Below, one piece after another: positions 13,205-26,383 of a DNA stretch of 64,000 nucleotides (within the stretch, counting starts at the first letter, position 1; each line of letters begins with the position of its first letter). This DNA is from Octopus vulgaris (lineage: Eukaryota): contig OX597814.1 of the NCBI GenBank assembly GCA_951406725.2, positions 188,170,001 through 188,234,000 of the forward strand, read 5' to 3'. The translations under genes were made by a program, and so were the position numbers. The notes under the pieces were generated by a model, which had not been told where the DNA came from, searched no databases, and was given only the letters and a program-made list of their open reading frames with translations.

Positions 13205-14195
13205 TAATATAATGATGTGGGATACAGAAGAGAAACTGTGCATAGTTGTGATGTTAACATAAAGCTGAAGATCAGTGAAAAAGAGAACACCTATGCTGAA
13301 CTATTGAGAAATCTGCAGTTACTCTATCCAGATTACAAGTTCAGGTTTATACCTGTAATTATTAGGACCCTGGGATATGTAACACACTGCCTTAATACCA
13401 AACTTGAGAAATTAGGGTTCTCAAAACCAGAAAGGAGACAGTTAATTCGAAGACTACAGATCCAATCCATCACTGAAACTGCAAAAATCTGTAAAACTTT
13501 CCAGAAGTTTATCATTTAAATATATATGAGCATGTCTAGATATGCAACTATATGTATGAGAATACATACATAAATCATACAAATCTGCACATACATACAT
13601 ACATACATGATGGCTGCCCCCTCGTTATCGAGTGTGGCCATTGCACGAAGCTTAACTGTTATTGGTGCTGTGATCGAATGTGACTTTTAATTGCTTTTTA
13701 AGGCTACAGCCAGCCATTCAGTTGAGACTCACAGCACCATCAACAATCATGAACAATGTTGTTATTGTGCAATGCCTGAGCAAGAAGATTTTTTTAAAGT
13801 GAGGAAAGGCTGTGCACTGAGTCAATCCCACTCACTAAGCAACAGCAGCCATAATCCGAAAAGAAGAACAAGTCAACATCATCGGTAACCACTTAGCCGC
13901 AGGTTTTATGTCGGAGTTATCCCAGTTACCTGAGTTACCTTCTCCTAGAAGGATGTCCTAACAAAGGCTAGGAGTCCTTCACTCCCAATGGTTTAACTGC
14001 ACGATCGGGTATTCAGTCCGATTATTTCTATGTCCCCGCGCATGATACAGCCTTAAGTCTTAAGAAAAAAAACATACATACATACATGCAAAAATACCCT
14101 GTTGTTGATGTTGAAATTCCAATGAAGGAACATTGGATGTAGGTTAGAAACCGGTTCTTTCTCTATTGGCTAGAAATCTTGAAAAAAACTGATTA
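13205..14195 (+). mobile_element. 3' fragment of a Dong/R4-type (restriction-like endonuclease) LINE with 3' UTR, interrupted by a nested insertion
   Basis: ORF 13217-13519 DVNIKLKISEKENTYAELLRNLQLLYPDYKFRFIPVIIRTLGYV...LEKLG matches the C-terminus of RLE LINEs (KxxKYxxL...PxxxGxxG). The UTR continues after 14072. Confidence 0.75.
13610..14071 (-). mobile_element. Short non-coding retro-insertion with RTE-like 5'-UTR motif, flanked by 17-bp TSD
   Basis: acatacatacatacatg at 13593-13609 and 14072-14088. Minus strand contains agcctttgttaggacatccttctaggagaaggtaactc, resembling RTE 5' regions. Confidence 0.6.
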
Positions 14196-14197
14196 AT

Positions 14198-14245
<48 letters not shown>

Positions 14246-14257
14246 TATATGAATATA

Positions 14258-14288
<31 letters not shown>

Positions 14289-14907
14289 GCATGTCTGTCT
14301 ATTTATATAAGTATACGTATATCTCTCTCTCTATATATATGTATTATATATATATATATATATATATATTCGTCCGTTTCTATGGATTTACATACACTGT
14401 ATATATATCTTTGCAAGCACGTGTGTACGTGTTTGTGCGCGTGTGTGTGTGAGAGAGAGAGAGAGAGTGTGTGTGTGTATGTTTGCACTGAGTTTTGAAA
14501 GCACTTTTTCCGTAAACTGTAAAGACATCAAGCATGCACATACTTAGCCCAAAAGTGCAAAAGACAGGCAAGAATAAAGAGGAAGGAGAGAGAGGAAGGG
14601 GGTAGAAGAAAATTGGGAGGGTAAGAGTTGAAGGGAGATATAAAGAGGAGAAAGAGGAGAAAGAGATATATAGGAACGCGGGGAAGGAATGCATACACTG
14701 GTTTCGGTCAATAAAGTTAATTTGCACCTCACACGCTGTTAATGAAACTGAGACTTCACTGGAGAACAAGGAACCATAGTTTTTGAATTAGCGGACAATA
14801 TAAGCAGTGTGACAGCATGCTAAGAACCTGGTCTGTCTGAACTGCACTCACTGCAGTATTTGTGTTGTATAATTTACGCGGTTAGACTCACACGCACACA
14901 CACACGT

Positions 14908-14965
<58 letters not shown>

Positions 14966-15104
14966 GCACACACATGCATATATGTAAACGTACTTAAGCA
15001 CATACACACGCACGCACTCAACATATGCATTGTTGATGGTCTTAGTTGTACGGAAACATTTAAAGTGCACACGAAAACTGTTTAAACTATCAGCCTAGCT
15101 AATT

Positions 15105-15182
15105 ACCATGTATATACACACTGCTATATATAGAATTGACATTCACACGCACATACATATATATATATATATATATATGCAC

Positions 15183-15236
<54 letters not shown>

Positions 15237-15262
15237 GTATATATGTATGTATACAGCAACTG

Positions 15263-15293
<31 letters not shown>

Positions 15294-15306
15294 ATATACA
15301 TTTGTT

Positions 15307-15337
<31 letters not shown>

Positions 15338-15564
15338 GTGTATATGTACATACACACACATATATACACAGGTATATACATGTGTATATATGTATATATA
15401 GAACAAATGTATATATATATTTGTATATATGTTTGTTTGTGTGTATATATACATATATAGAGGTATATACATGTATATATGTATGTAAATACACACATAC
15501 ATATGTGTATTTATACAATATACGTATATATATATATGCATTTTTATATACATACATATATATT

Positions 15565-15633
<69 letters not shown>

Positions 15634-15730
15634 GTATATATGTATGCAGACAAGGACACATAGGCACACACACATGCATATATATATATTTACACACATA
15701 TACGTACACAAACACATGTATAATACATAT
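15105..15730. repeat. Long compound (TA)n/(TG)n low-complexity tract
   Basis: Direct reading. Confidence 0.95.
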
Positions 15731-16223
15731 GTTAGCAAAGAGAGGCAATGTTATAAAGTTGTGTATTATCCCATCGCATGCGTAAACACATTAGCATAAT
15801 AGCGCATTCATTTTGTCTCTCGTAGATCTATACATGTGGGTGTGTCTGCATAAATACTCCTTGCACTTCAACCTTCTTAGTATTGTGGATTGTATCTATG
15901 TATGTCATCGCTTAAATAGAATTCTGCTGTTTGCCCCTGCGTATGAACGTGTGTGCATATGTTTGTACGACGCTTTTACTAATGAATTCATGCCGCTTCT
16001 TGAAAGATTTTCTGGCAGCATTTAGCCAAGTATTCCATAGATTCATAAGCTTAATGTAGTCCCCAAACATATCTAGTGTAACCATGTGTGTAGCATGCAT
16101 TGACATTTGAATTGAAGTTACAGTTTGGTCCAGAATTACTGCACGAATTTATATTATAGTATATGATTATGACAGTCTTTGTGTGTGAATGAATTGGTGA
16201 TAAGATATATATATATATATATA

Positions 16224-16474
16224 TTAGGTTGTCCGGAAAGTTCGTGCCGATTTATTGTAGCTTACCTTTCGACTTAATTTAGAACATGGTTGATGAATTC
16301 TTTGCCATGAAAGCACCTCAATTCTGGGAAGAGGGTATTTTCAAGTTAACGGAAAGATGGAGATGCATTGTGCAACAAAATGGTTCATACTTGGTTGATT
16401 AAAATGTAATGGCAAGTATTTATTGACCTTTTTCTTTCCTTTAAAAATCGGCACGAACTTTCCGGACAACCCAG
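16224..16474 (+). mobile_element. Internally deleted mariner element
   Basis: TA|ttaggttgtccggaaagttcgtgccgattt ... aaatcggcacgaactttccggacaacccag|TA. Interior encodes the mariner C-terminus EFFAMKAPQFWEEGIFKLTERWRCIVQQNGSYLVD*. Confidence 0.92.
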
Positions 16475-16579
16475 TAGATACATACATACATATGTATGTA
16501 TGCGTGTATGTGTATGTCTTTGGGTTTCTCCCCAATCACCGTTTGGAATCTGGTGCTGGTTAGTTTACGTTCCCGTAAC

Positions 16580-16978
16580 AAGTGATATCTCAAAAGGCTT
16601 GACAGTCCACCTCATGGTTTCGGCGGACAAAATCGAAAGCGCCTTGTCCCGGTGTATGACGAGTGAGATATGTTGCAACAGTCACTCTGAGTCACGGGGC
16701 TCGAACTTGCGGACAGTGATGAGCAGGGATGTGGTCGGGGGCGGGGGGTCGAGAACGTCGGAGGTTTTCCCTTTCACAGGCTCTACCACAAACCTATCAA
16801 AGAGCGGCCGATACTTTGACAGTTCCAGGCCTGACGAAACGCGGATCCTGGGATGGTGGCTAAACTCACCAAGTTACCGCCCGCTTGGTCTAGCTCCACT
16901 GGCTCGAACTGGGAGGGAAGCCTGCGGCGTATAAACCATGCTTTATTATCTCATTGAGAGCAGCATAGCGTGGAAAGC
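16580..16978 (-). mobile_element. GC-rich coding-like fragment, possibly 5' end/ORF1 of a LINE
   Basis: Minus frame MVYTPQASLPVRASGARPSGR*LGEF...KFEPRDSE*LLQHISLVIHRDKALSILSAETMRWTVKP has two stops. Composition resembles the Tx1 remnant nearby. No diagnostic motif. Confidence 0.3.
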
Positions 16979-17225
16979 GTGGAGGCGCAATGGCTCAGTG
17001 GACTCGCGGTTGGAGGATCGCAGTTTCGATTCCCAGACCGGGCGTTGTGTGTGCTTATTGAGCGAAAACACCTAAAAGCTCCACGAGGCTCCGGGAGGTG
17101 GTGGTGGCGACCTCTGTTGTACTCTTTCACCACAACTTTCTCTCACTCTCTCTTCCTGTTTCTTGAGTAACGCGTCCTGTCCAGCTGGGGGAGGGGGCAC
17201 ATACGCCACAGAAACCGGGAAACCG
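16979..17225 (+). mobile_element. SINE head C with tail type ii
   Basis: gtggaggcgcaatggctcagtgg head; tail cttgagtaacgc...ccagctggggg shared with 43925-44198. Confidence 0.8.
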
Positions 17226-18174
17226 TATGTATGTATCTATACATATATATAGATACATATGTATGTATGCGTGTGTGTGTATATCTTTGTGTTTCTCCCC
17301 AATCACCGCCTGACATCCGGTGTTAGTTAGGTTACGTTCCCGTAATTTAGCGGTCCGGAACAAAGAGACCGATAGTACAAGTCCCAGGTTAAAAAAAACA
17401 AAACAAGTACTGGGATCGATTTTTTTTCGATTAATTCCTTGAAGACTATGCCCCAGCATGGCCGCAGTCAAATGACTGAAAACAAGTAAAAGATAAACGA
17501 TAAAAGACCAACAATCACCAATCAAACATCCAATTCAATAATCCATTAAACAACCAAGCAATGAATCGATCACGTATTCATAAATAAATCGACTAACCAA
17601 CGTGCCAATCAATCAACCAATCAAATAATGAAAGCAAAAATAAAAAACAAAAACAAAGCAGTCACTCACTCACTCAATCTCTCACTCAATTAAACAATCA
17701 ATCATTCATTCATTCATAAATTTATTATGTATAAAATGCTACCGTCTCTAATCGTGGTCATTACATAGGGGCATATAACTAGCTCAGACAAGGCAGAGCT
17801 TAGCAACTAAGCAATGCTATTAGATCCTTCGAAGCATTTCATTATTACTCACTGACCACGTAATAAATACACGCATTCTTACTAAAAGTGGGAGAAACAA
17901 TGGCCCGTGTGCAACCCTGACAATACGGAGGCCATGTTGCTTTCTATCGACAAAAGCTTGAGTGTTCTTCAAGGGCATTGTAGATCAATAGAAAATCATT
18001 AACAGAATGTCATTAATTGAACTACGGCAAATAATAATTATTACCCTATTAATATACATGTAAGGATATGCATATATGCGATTGTACACGCTGAAATCAA
18101 AGGATATGCCTGAGTATGTTTGTGTGTGTGTGTACGCGTGCGTATGCGTGTATGTATTTATGCATGTATGTATG

Positions 18175-18216
<42 letters not shown>

Positions 18217-18479
18217 TATATAAATTTATGCAGTTGTGGTTATCCAGTGTATGACTTCAATCTGCTACCGCCTTGCTAGACTCACACATGTGCACTTGAA
18301 TCCCTCTCTTTCATTCTCTCTTTATATATACAAACATATATAAACAAACATACACGCATTTATACATGCTTGCATATGTGCATACACACATTTATAGCAC
18401 AAGGAGTGTATGTGTGTGTGTGTGTGTGTGTGTGCATTTGCAATTATCTACGTATTGATTTCTCTACATATATGTTGGT

Positions 18480-19873
18480 TAAGTGGCTGGTCTCGCGGCC
18501 CCAACTTCCGCAGGCGGATTGCTGCAATGTACAGTGACATCTCAGTGGTTAGGGAGCATGGTCACCTACTGGAACCATTCAATATTAATGTGTTTGCTGT
18601 GTCAATGTTATCCTCTCTCGCCTTTTCTTGAGCAACTATTGTAGAAGCCAGAGACGTTGATGGGCATCCTGCGAGAACCAAGATATAGAAGAACGATGTC
18701 GGCGTACGCTGACAAAAGAGCGTTTTTGTGTCGGGACACTAACCACATGGAAATGATCGGCACTTCTGCAAAGGACTACGGGGCGGAGGCAGGAGCATAA
18801 ATTTTCAAAAAAGCCAGTGGGCCTGCAGTTCAGGACCTGGAGAGGCATATGCATGTCATCTGATATCGTGGTGCACTGGTAGAACGAACAGGTTAAATTG
18901 CTCGGGGTTTGCTTTGGTCCAGACCTCTAAGTGGAGAACTTAGATGAGGTGCTGAGCAGGGTGGTCTGTCTCACCTAAAAAACTGGCTGAGAGAAGACTA
19001 TCCTTGAAAAATCTGGAATAGGTGACGAGCGCTTACATCATCTCCATTATATATTATTGCCTGGCCGTTCTTACTTACTCCAGTTCACGTCTTGACAGAC
19101 TGGAGCGCCCGCTCTTCTGCTTTCTGTGGAGGAGACTCATTACACTTGTTTGGCACTCCATTTGAGGTCAACACCCGGTGAATAAGAGACTTGACATGCT
19201 GTGACTGATAATGCCCAGACTACATCTATAGCGTTTCCTTGATTAGTGATCGCTGTTTGTCAGACTCGTTTTTCCAGTTGCTCTCTTTGAAAGAGTTGCA
19301 GTCTTGGATCAAGCGCAGACAAAGGCAATACGCTTGAAATCTAAAGTGTCGTTAGGCGCTCGTATCCCTCTGCCAGTCGGACAATGCGATCAATGGAAGT
19401 TTCGTTTTGGTGATTTATATAGGGTTAGTGGCAGGAAAGAGTGACGACGTTCTCCGTGAGAATATAGGGCGTCGGCGAGTACAGAGCGCCGACGAAAATC
19501 AACTGATTGGTCTGCTTTCGGGCCGGGGCCCATGGATAATTTCCAGAAATCTCTGTCTTGGCGGTACAATTGGGATTAAGGGTGCAGATGTATTGCCGGT
19601 TTGAGATAAACTCCCGAGATGCGCACAGAGCGACGCAATTGCCGAGCATGCATTCGTCCAATGCTCGAGTACTGCTGACTTGTGGAGGTATGTTGAACAA
19701 CTGTGGTCGCGTGTAGGGCGGATACGTGTACCAGCTGTCTTTATCAGTCTAGTGGTCTTAGCGAAAGAGATTGTGTGGTGTACGAGACAGAAAGAGCTGA
19801 AGACAGATACTTTTATCTTTGAACCTAATCATATTTTTCATGTTACACTTGAAGAATAAAGTGAGGGTGGAGA
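18480..19873 (+). mobile_element. Decayed L1/Tx1-clade LINE ORF2 (post-RT region to C-terminus)
   Basis: VKLLGVCFGPDL*VEN (18892-18940), AERRLSLK, PRCAQSDAIAEHAFVQC (CCHC-like, about 19615-19665) and HLKNKVRVE-like end. Many stops and frameshifts. Confidence 0.7.
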
Positions 19874-19893
19874 GCATTTTTTTCCGATGGCCG

Positions 19894-19954
19894 GATAACT
19901 GAAGGGATGGCGGCGTGGATTTCCACCCCGACATCCGAAACTCGGAGTTTTATC
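19894..19954 (+). ncRNA. Type I hammerhead ribozyme-like motif, copy 1 of tandem pair
   Basis: Stem I gataa/ttatc; core ctgaag(g); stem II ggatg-g-cgg-c-gtgg[attt]ccac-c-ccg-a-catcc; GAAA; stem III actc-g-gagt; cleavage triplet GUU. Core A9 is altered or missing in this copy. Confidence 0.65.
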
Positions 19955-19986
19955 GGCATTTTCATAGCATTTTTTCCCGATGGCCG

Positions 19987-20048
19987 CATAACTGAAGAGA
20001 TGGCGGCGTGAATTTCCACCTCGACATTCGAAAACTCGGAGTTTTATC
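19987..20048 (+). ncRNA. Type I hammerhead ribozyme-like motif, copy 2 of tandem pair
   Basis: ataa CTGAAGA gatg...cattc GAAA(a) ctc g gag TT ttat. Intact CUGANGA core, weakened stem II and one extra A; 93-bp period with copy 1. Confidence 0.65.
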
Positions 20049-20229
20049 ATGGCTACCGAATAATTGTCACATATTACATTTACAGATAAATTCCTCTATT
20101 TACATAATATCGAGGTCTCTTTCATTCTTTTGTTGCCTTACCATTTCTATCAATATATATATATATATATGTATACATGTGTAGAGGGATCGAGGAGAGA
20201 TAATAAATATAACTAGACAGCTGGCTAGT

Positions 20230-20302
<73 letters not shown>
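20230..20302. repeat. (GATA)n microsatellite
   Basis: Direct reading. Confidence 0.97.
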
Positions 20303-20303
<1 letters not shown>

Positions 20304-21042
20304 CATGCATACGTACATACATCTAAAGCTATGTCTGTGTGTGTATTTAATTTTGTGCTAGTATTTGATATACAATCCTTTCTATTGCAGGCACAATATT
20401 ACATCAACCCCAGTACTCAGCTGGTACTTAATTTATAGACCCCGAGAGGATGAAAAACAAAGTCGACCTCGGCGGAATTTGAACTCAGAACGTAAAGACG
20501 AACGAAATGCCGCTAAGTATTTTGTCCGGTGCGGTTACGATCCTACCGCTTCGTCGCCTTCACACTTTATATATAATGAGAGCAAAAGCTTGAAAACTGG
20601 CCGAGAGAAAGCTATCCTTGAAAACTCGGGAATAGGCAGGGTAGATGCTAGAGCTGAAATAATCGACATATATAATATGGAAACTTAATTCTAGTGAGAT
20701 CTTTACTAAGTCAATTACTCTTGTAGTCTACATTCAACTCTATTGTAAAACACCGTCTGTCTCAATCTCTCTCCGTCTGTCTGTCTTCATCTGTTTGTAT
20801 GTATATATACATATACAGACACACATACGCGCGCGCGCACACATATACATACAAATATGTATATATGCGTATACTATTGTATGCGTGCGCGCGGCGCGTA
20901 TGTGTGTGTGGGAGAGAGAGAGTATGTATGTGTGTGTACGAGCGTGTGTGAGTGTTTGTGTACAGATACATGCATATCAAGAATTATGAATCACATTTTT
21001 AAAAAAATTCGAAATTAAAGATGGCCATCATTGAGTTCGATG

Positions 21043-21093
<51 letters not shown>

Positions 21094-21443
21094 TCACACA
21101 CACACACACAGATACACACACACGGATACACACGTAAGCACAGTTAGCAACGCTTCAGTTTATAATTTTATTTTGTTATTGCCTAAAGGGGACAAACAAG
21201 GACAGACAAAGGGGTTAAGTCGATCACATCGACCCCAGTGCGTAACTGGTACTTATTTAATCGACCCCGATGGTGGTAAGTCGATTACTGCGACCCCAGT
21301 GTACAGCTGGTACTTACTTTATCGACCCCCAAAGGATGAAAGGAAAAGTCGACCTCGGTGGAATTTGAACTCAGAATGTCTTAAAACATTTTGCCCGGTG
21401 TGCTAAGGATTCTGCCAGCTCGCCGCCTTACATTTTATTTATA

Positions 21444-21825
21444 CTAGCAGTATCGCCCGGCGTTGCTCGGGTTTGTTTCGACCCTTTAGAATTGGAATTT
21501 TTGAAAAGTAAATTACGTAGCTTGTTATTCTCTTTAAGTGAACATTTTTCTGGTTGAAATACACTGAAAAATGACGACACAGCAGTCAAAAAATCGTAAA
21601 AAAATAGGGATTTTCATAGAAAAAAAGTACCTTTTTGACGTAAATAATTTTTGGTCTTGACATAGTCCGATTTGAATTTTTTCTTCTACAAAAGGAAGAG
21701 CAAACCTTATTCTATCATACTCTCAATTTTGGTCAACTTGTGTCGCAGGGTCTCGGAGGAGAAAATGTTAGTTGAAGGCTACCAAACCTGCCACACACAG
21801 ACAACTTCAGCTTTATATATAGAGA
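21444..21825 (-). mobile_element. Non-autonomous Helitron (same family as 10047-10438)
   Basis: a|ctagcagtatcgcccggcgttgctcggg ... ctttatatatagaga|t, the reverse complement of TC...hairpin-CTAG in an AT site. Confidence 0.85.
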
Positions 21826-23349
21826 TTACGTTATAAGTAGCAGTTACGCACTGGCGTTGATGTAATCGACTTAATCATCTCCCCCAAGCTGTCCTTGAGA
21901 CAAAAATTTGAAATCGTTATTATTATTGGTATTCTTTAAGGTGGTTAGCTGGCAGAATCGTTAGCACTCCAGACAAAATGCTTAGCAGTATTTCGTCCAC
22001 TTTGACATTCTGAGTTCAAATTCCATCGAGGTTGACTTTGCCTTTCATCCTTCCTGGTCCGATAAATTAAGCACCAGTTGTGTACTGGGGTAAATGTAAT
22101 CGACTGGCCCTTCCAAATTTCAGGCCTTGTGCCTATAATAGGAAGGGTTATTATTATTATTATTTCTTTTGTTCATCATTTACAAGCACGTGTGTAGTCA
22201 TCGTTATTTTATCTATTTTACTCAATTTTAGAAAAACTGAATTTTAGAAAACTGAAGCATGTCCTTATCACTTCCGGAGTGTATTGAATTCATTTTGTGT
22301 GTGACTTTTGGCCCACCCTGTATGTGTATTTAAATCGTTGCTATTATGTTAAATTGTAGTATGTCCAAATTTGGTCAATTGCGCTTTATTTCAGTATTTA
22401 ATTTTGCTTGCAAAAGCCAGTTCTTTTGGTCAGACTATCGTATCGTCAGTTGCTTCTGATGGCAAGATATGAAAATTGTCAAAGTGTAGTACAATGGTTT
22501 AGCATTTTTCAAAAGTGTAGTAAGTCCCACATACGACAGTTTTGCATAAATATTTCTGACTGAAAATATCATAGATGCATGGAGTTACGATTTTATACAG
22601 CAAACAAAGTAGTATTGCCAAGCTGAAAGTGTTGCTAATGTAATAAGAAACAGAATGGTGAAACTATTTTTTCGCTTTCTGAACAAGCAGCGTTTTGGAC
22701 TTACGACACTTTTGCATAATAGCAACGACACACACACATACACACACATACACACATTAAGGGATGGGAATGACTGGAATGCTTATAGGACTCGCTTTCT
22801 TTTCCATTTTGTGAATCTAGTATCCAAATTCTTTTCTCCAGCACATGATCGCTCCTCCTCCAAAAATTTTGCCCGTTACCCATCAACATAAAATAACTGG
22901 GTACTTTGTAGCTCCAGCCCAACCAGGAGCAATTGTAATTCTTGGAGTTACAGTGTGCAAGCCAGCCTTGGTAAATATGCTTTAACCTTTATCGGTTGCT
23001 GCTCAAGTGTGAGTTCGGGAAAATTAAATCTAGGTGATTACATGCTGACAGGAAAAAAAGTTGTGGTATCAACGTTAAGTCAGGCTTCGATAGATTGGAT
23101 TTCCGGCAGCCATTTGCGATTAAGAGGAGATACCAGTCATCTTGGGTCTTCTTTGCCACTAAATCTAGTCCCTTCACAACGAAGATAATGACGATAAGAA
23201 TTATACACCTCAAGCGCCATTATAAATATCTATCGTGCAGATATTATTTCATGCAACGTAGATCGTGGATATTGAACCGCTAAAATACCTGATGGTAACT
23301 GAGGGTCTGATAACGGGAATACATTTTAATAAGCAGGAGGTTTTTAATT

Positions 23350-25280
23350 GGAACTATACACAACACTGGTGCAGAGCAACAGTCGCTGTCAGCTGGGATT
23401 GAGTGGGAGCTACCCCCCTGAAGGCACCTGTGCGGCTGAGAAGGCCTATCAAAGAACTGTGCTGGTTACCTTAGTAGGAGATTGGCTACAAAATGTGGCC
23501 TAAGCATCGTTTACAGACCTCTGGTCCCGGATAAAAAACACCGCCCCTGTCAGAACATTCCACAGAGCAGTCGACAAAAGGTCAACTAAAATATACCGCT
23601 CAGTCTTGTTACATTCAGTATACTGATACAGTCTGATATTGGCATCTCGACTAGCTCATCCAAGCGGTAAGCGGCGGTTGTCATAGTAGTGAATTGAGGC
23701 GCTATGGTGTAGATATTGTTGCATTCAGTGAAATAAGACTATTTGGAGAAGATTCTCTTAATGAGATTGATGATTATACCTTCTGGAAAGACACTCTGAA
23801 GTGAACATCACTAACAGACATGGAATCAGCTTTCGTTGTGAGAAATAATCTGTTGTTTAAACTGATTAAGACTCTAGTTGGTATTAGTGTGAGGCCAATG
23901 TCACATGGTATTTTTCTTGCAAGACATTTTAACAAATTAGGAATTGGATCTAACACTCATAGAAGATTCTGTGAAATACTACTCATCTGTCTATTGGGTA
24001 GCCACTGACTTTTGCTGACATTAATGCTGCGATAAAAATCCAGTAAGCAAGAAATTTTGATAAGAGATTATTCCAGCAAGGATGTCGAAAGAGGAGGGTT
24101 ACTTCTTCACAAGAGCGTGGAACCACGAGTTTATGCTCGAACACTATAAGGATTTAAACTTAATCACTATTGACAAAAGCAAGGGGAACAAATTTGTTTA
24201 CTCCCGCAGTTGGTGTATAGCACTTCTGTCCAACGTTGAGAAGGTTCGGGTTAAAATTTAAGGCCATGCTCAAAAGCTTGGTCCAACCATATCAACATCA
24301 GATCAGAGCTACATACAGTAGCTTCTGCAGTGTGATGCACATTCACTATGATCTTTGTGACAAGGCAGTTTTATGGACTATGTTGTGAACCACATAATGG
24401 ATTTGTCAAATGCTTTACATAATGGGTCTGTCAAATGCTTTACTGTAAACAGTGAAGTTTGTAGGATGTTCGAAAGTTTGGTTGTCCGCACACATTCGAG
24501 AATTACCTCTTGCATTTTCACATACAGTTGATGGTTTGAGTTGTTGTTTGAGGGCAGAAATCTTAATCCTTCAGTGTAAAAAACGAAAGTTAAGAAAAGC
24601 TACAAGAAGACTCCTGTACTGTTTAATATCTTCCTCATCTTTGTGACTACACTGTTGAAGGGAAATGGGGATCATTATTAACATCCGACGTGTCGGAAAC
24701 CTTTTCAACATCAAAGATTACTGACCAGTACCAAGCTCAGATCTGAACAGGTCACTCCACTAGTGTTTACTAATGACCGTGTCCTTGTAGTTCATATACC
24801 GGAAGCCTTAGAAGCCATCATCTTTCGCAGCCATAACACTTTTTAAAAAAATAATGGGCTTGACAATTAACGTTCAGAAAACTGAGGTCATTTGCCAACA
24901 GTATATTTCACCGCCCTCTTTCATCTCCACTTTCTCAGTACAGCATCAACAACTAACTTCATTCTCCCAAGTCAGATACCTAGGCGGCATAGTTTTCAAC
25001 AATCTGCCCACCGAACAAGGAGATAAGTCACCTCATAAAGGCACCTGCATCATGCGGAAGCCTCAGAAAGAGAGTCTTTCTAGACATCTATCTCAGGGTT
25101 CTCGCGTACCGAGCAGTCTTTCTTATACCGGTGCAGCAGACATTTGAAAAATCTGGGGACCTTTAATATTAAGTATCTCTTGAATATCCTTCCAGTCCCC
25201 TAAAGAAATACGACTACGCACTTAGAAATCCTCCATCGAACCAATAACAGTAGTATTGAATAAAGACTAAGTATCAAATG
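23350..25280 (+). mobile_element. Decayed RTE-clade LINE (APE endonuclease and RT remnants, internally deleted)
   Basis: ELRRYGVDIVAFSEIRLFGEDSLNE..YTFWK (about 23690-23790; APE of RTE/BovB type), GNLFNI, LVFTNDRVLVVH (decayed LLFADDCAL) and MGLTINVQKTEV (24854 onward). Confidence 0.8.
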
Positions 25281-25527
25281 AGATGGCTTACTCTTTTACT
25301 CTTTTACTTGTTTCTGTCATTTGACTCCGGCCATGCTGTAGCACCGCCTTTAGTCGAACAAATCGACCCCAAGACTTATTCTTTGGAAGCCTAGTACTCA
25401 TTCTATCGGTTCCTTTTGCCAAACCGCTAGGTTACGGGGACGTAAACACACCAGCATCGGTTGTCAAGCGATGTTGGGGGACAAACACAGACACACAAAC
25501 ATATACGCACACATATATATACATATA

Positions 25528-25803
25528 TACGACAGGCTTCTTTCCTTGTTTATGGAAGACCAGTAGTCGTCCATGCATACCAAACTCCGCTCTCCACTCC
25601 ACCGATGTTATCCAAGGGAAAGGCAAAGACCGATACATCTTGGCACCGGTGATGGTCGCAATTCATTTTTACAGCTGAGTGGACTGGAGCAACGTGAAAT
25701 AAAGCGCCTTGCTCAAGAACACAATGCACAAACCGGTTTGGGAATCGAACTCATTACGTCATGATTGTGAGTCTGGCGCTCTAAACACTGAGCCATGCGC
25801 CTT
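25528..25803 (-). mobile_element. SINE head D with tail type iv, abutting a headless SINE A (25288-25521)
   Basis: Minus strand aggcgcatggctcagtg...gagttcgattccc...ttgagcaaggcgctttatttcacgttgctccagtccactcagctg. Tail shared with 51866-52145 and 53872-54060. Confidence 0.8.
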
Positions 25804-25990
25804 TACATATCGAATTCAATTGATAACCGATAAACAAATAAACTCGATCAGGACTGATCTGGGGCTCAACATTTAAAACAACAAAATATACAATAGCTCT
25901 TATCCATATACGGCTATTCTCTCTCTTCGCGAAATGTGCTATATGCTATAGTTCATAGCTGTTTGATTAATAACAGACCGATAGAAATAA

Positions 25991-26031
<41 letters not shown>

Positions 26032-26383
26032 GGAGGAAGGGAAGAAGGGAGAGAGGGTGGAAGGGAGAGAAGGAGGAAGGGAGAGAGGGAGGAATGTAGA
26101 CAGTGAGGGAGAGAGAAAGAGAGAGGTGTTTGATAAACACTGGGGTTCATAATTAAATCCTTAAAGCCGATGCTCTCAGTATAATTACAGTCAAATTCCT
26201 CCAGTCAGTAAAACAATGAAAGAATTAATTAAAAAGAGTTCGATATGAGAGAGATCTGACTTCTATTTCTAGCTGGTCAAACGATCGTTTAATGCCACCA
26301 CGTTGACACGATTGCGAACTCGTTATAGACTTCTCCATGCATTGATAAATATGGATACAAATATAGAACATATCTGGATATAT

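Noticed and set aside
14112-14162. Hammerhead-like look in the Dong 3' UTR (ccaatgaagg...gaaaccggtt)
   Set aside because: The core deviates at two or more invariant positions and stem II does not pair in this copy.
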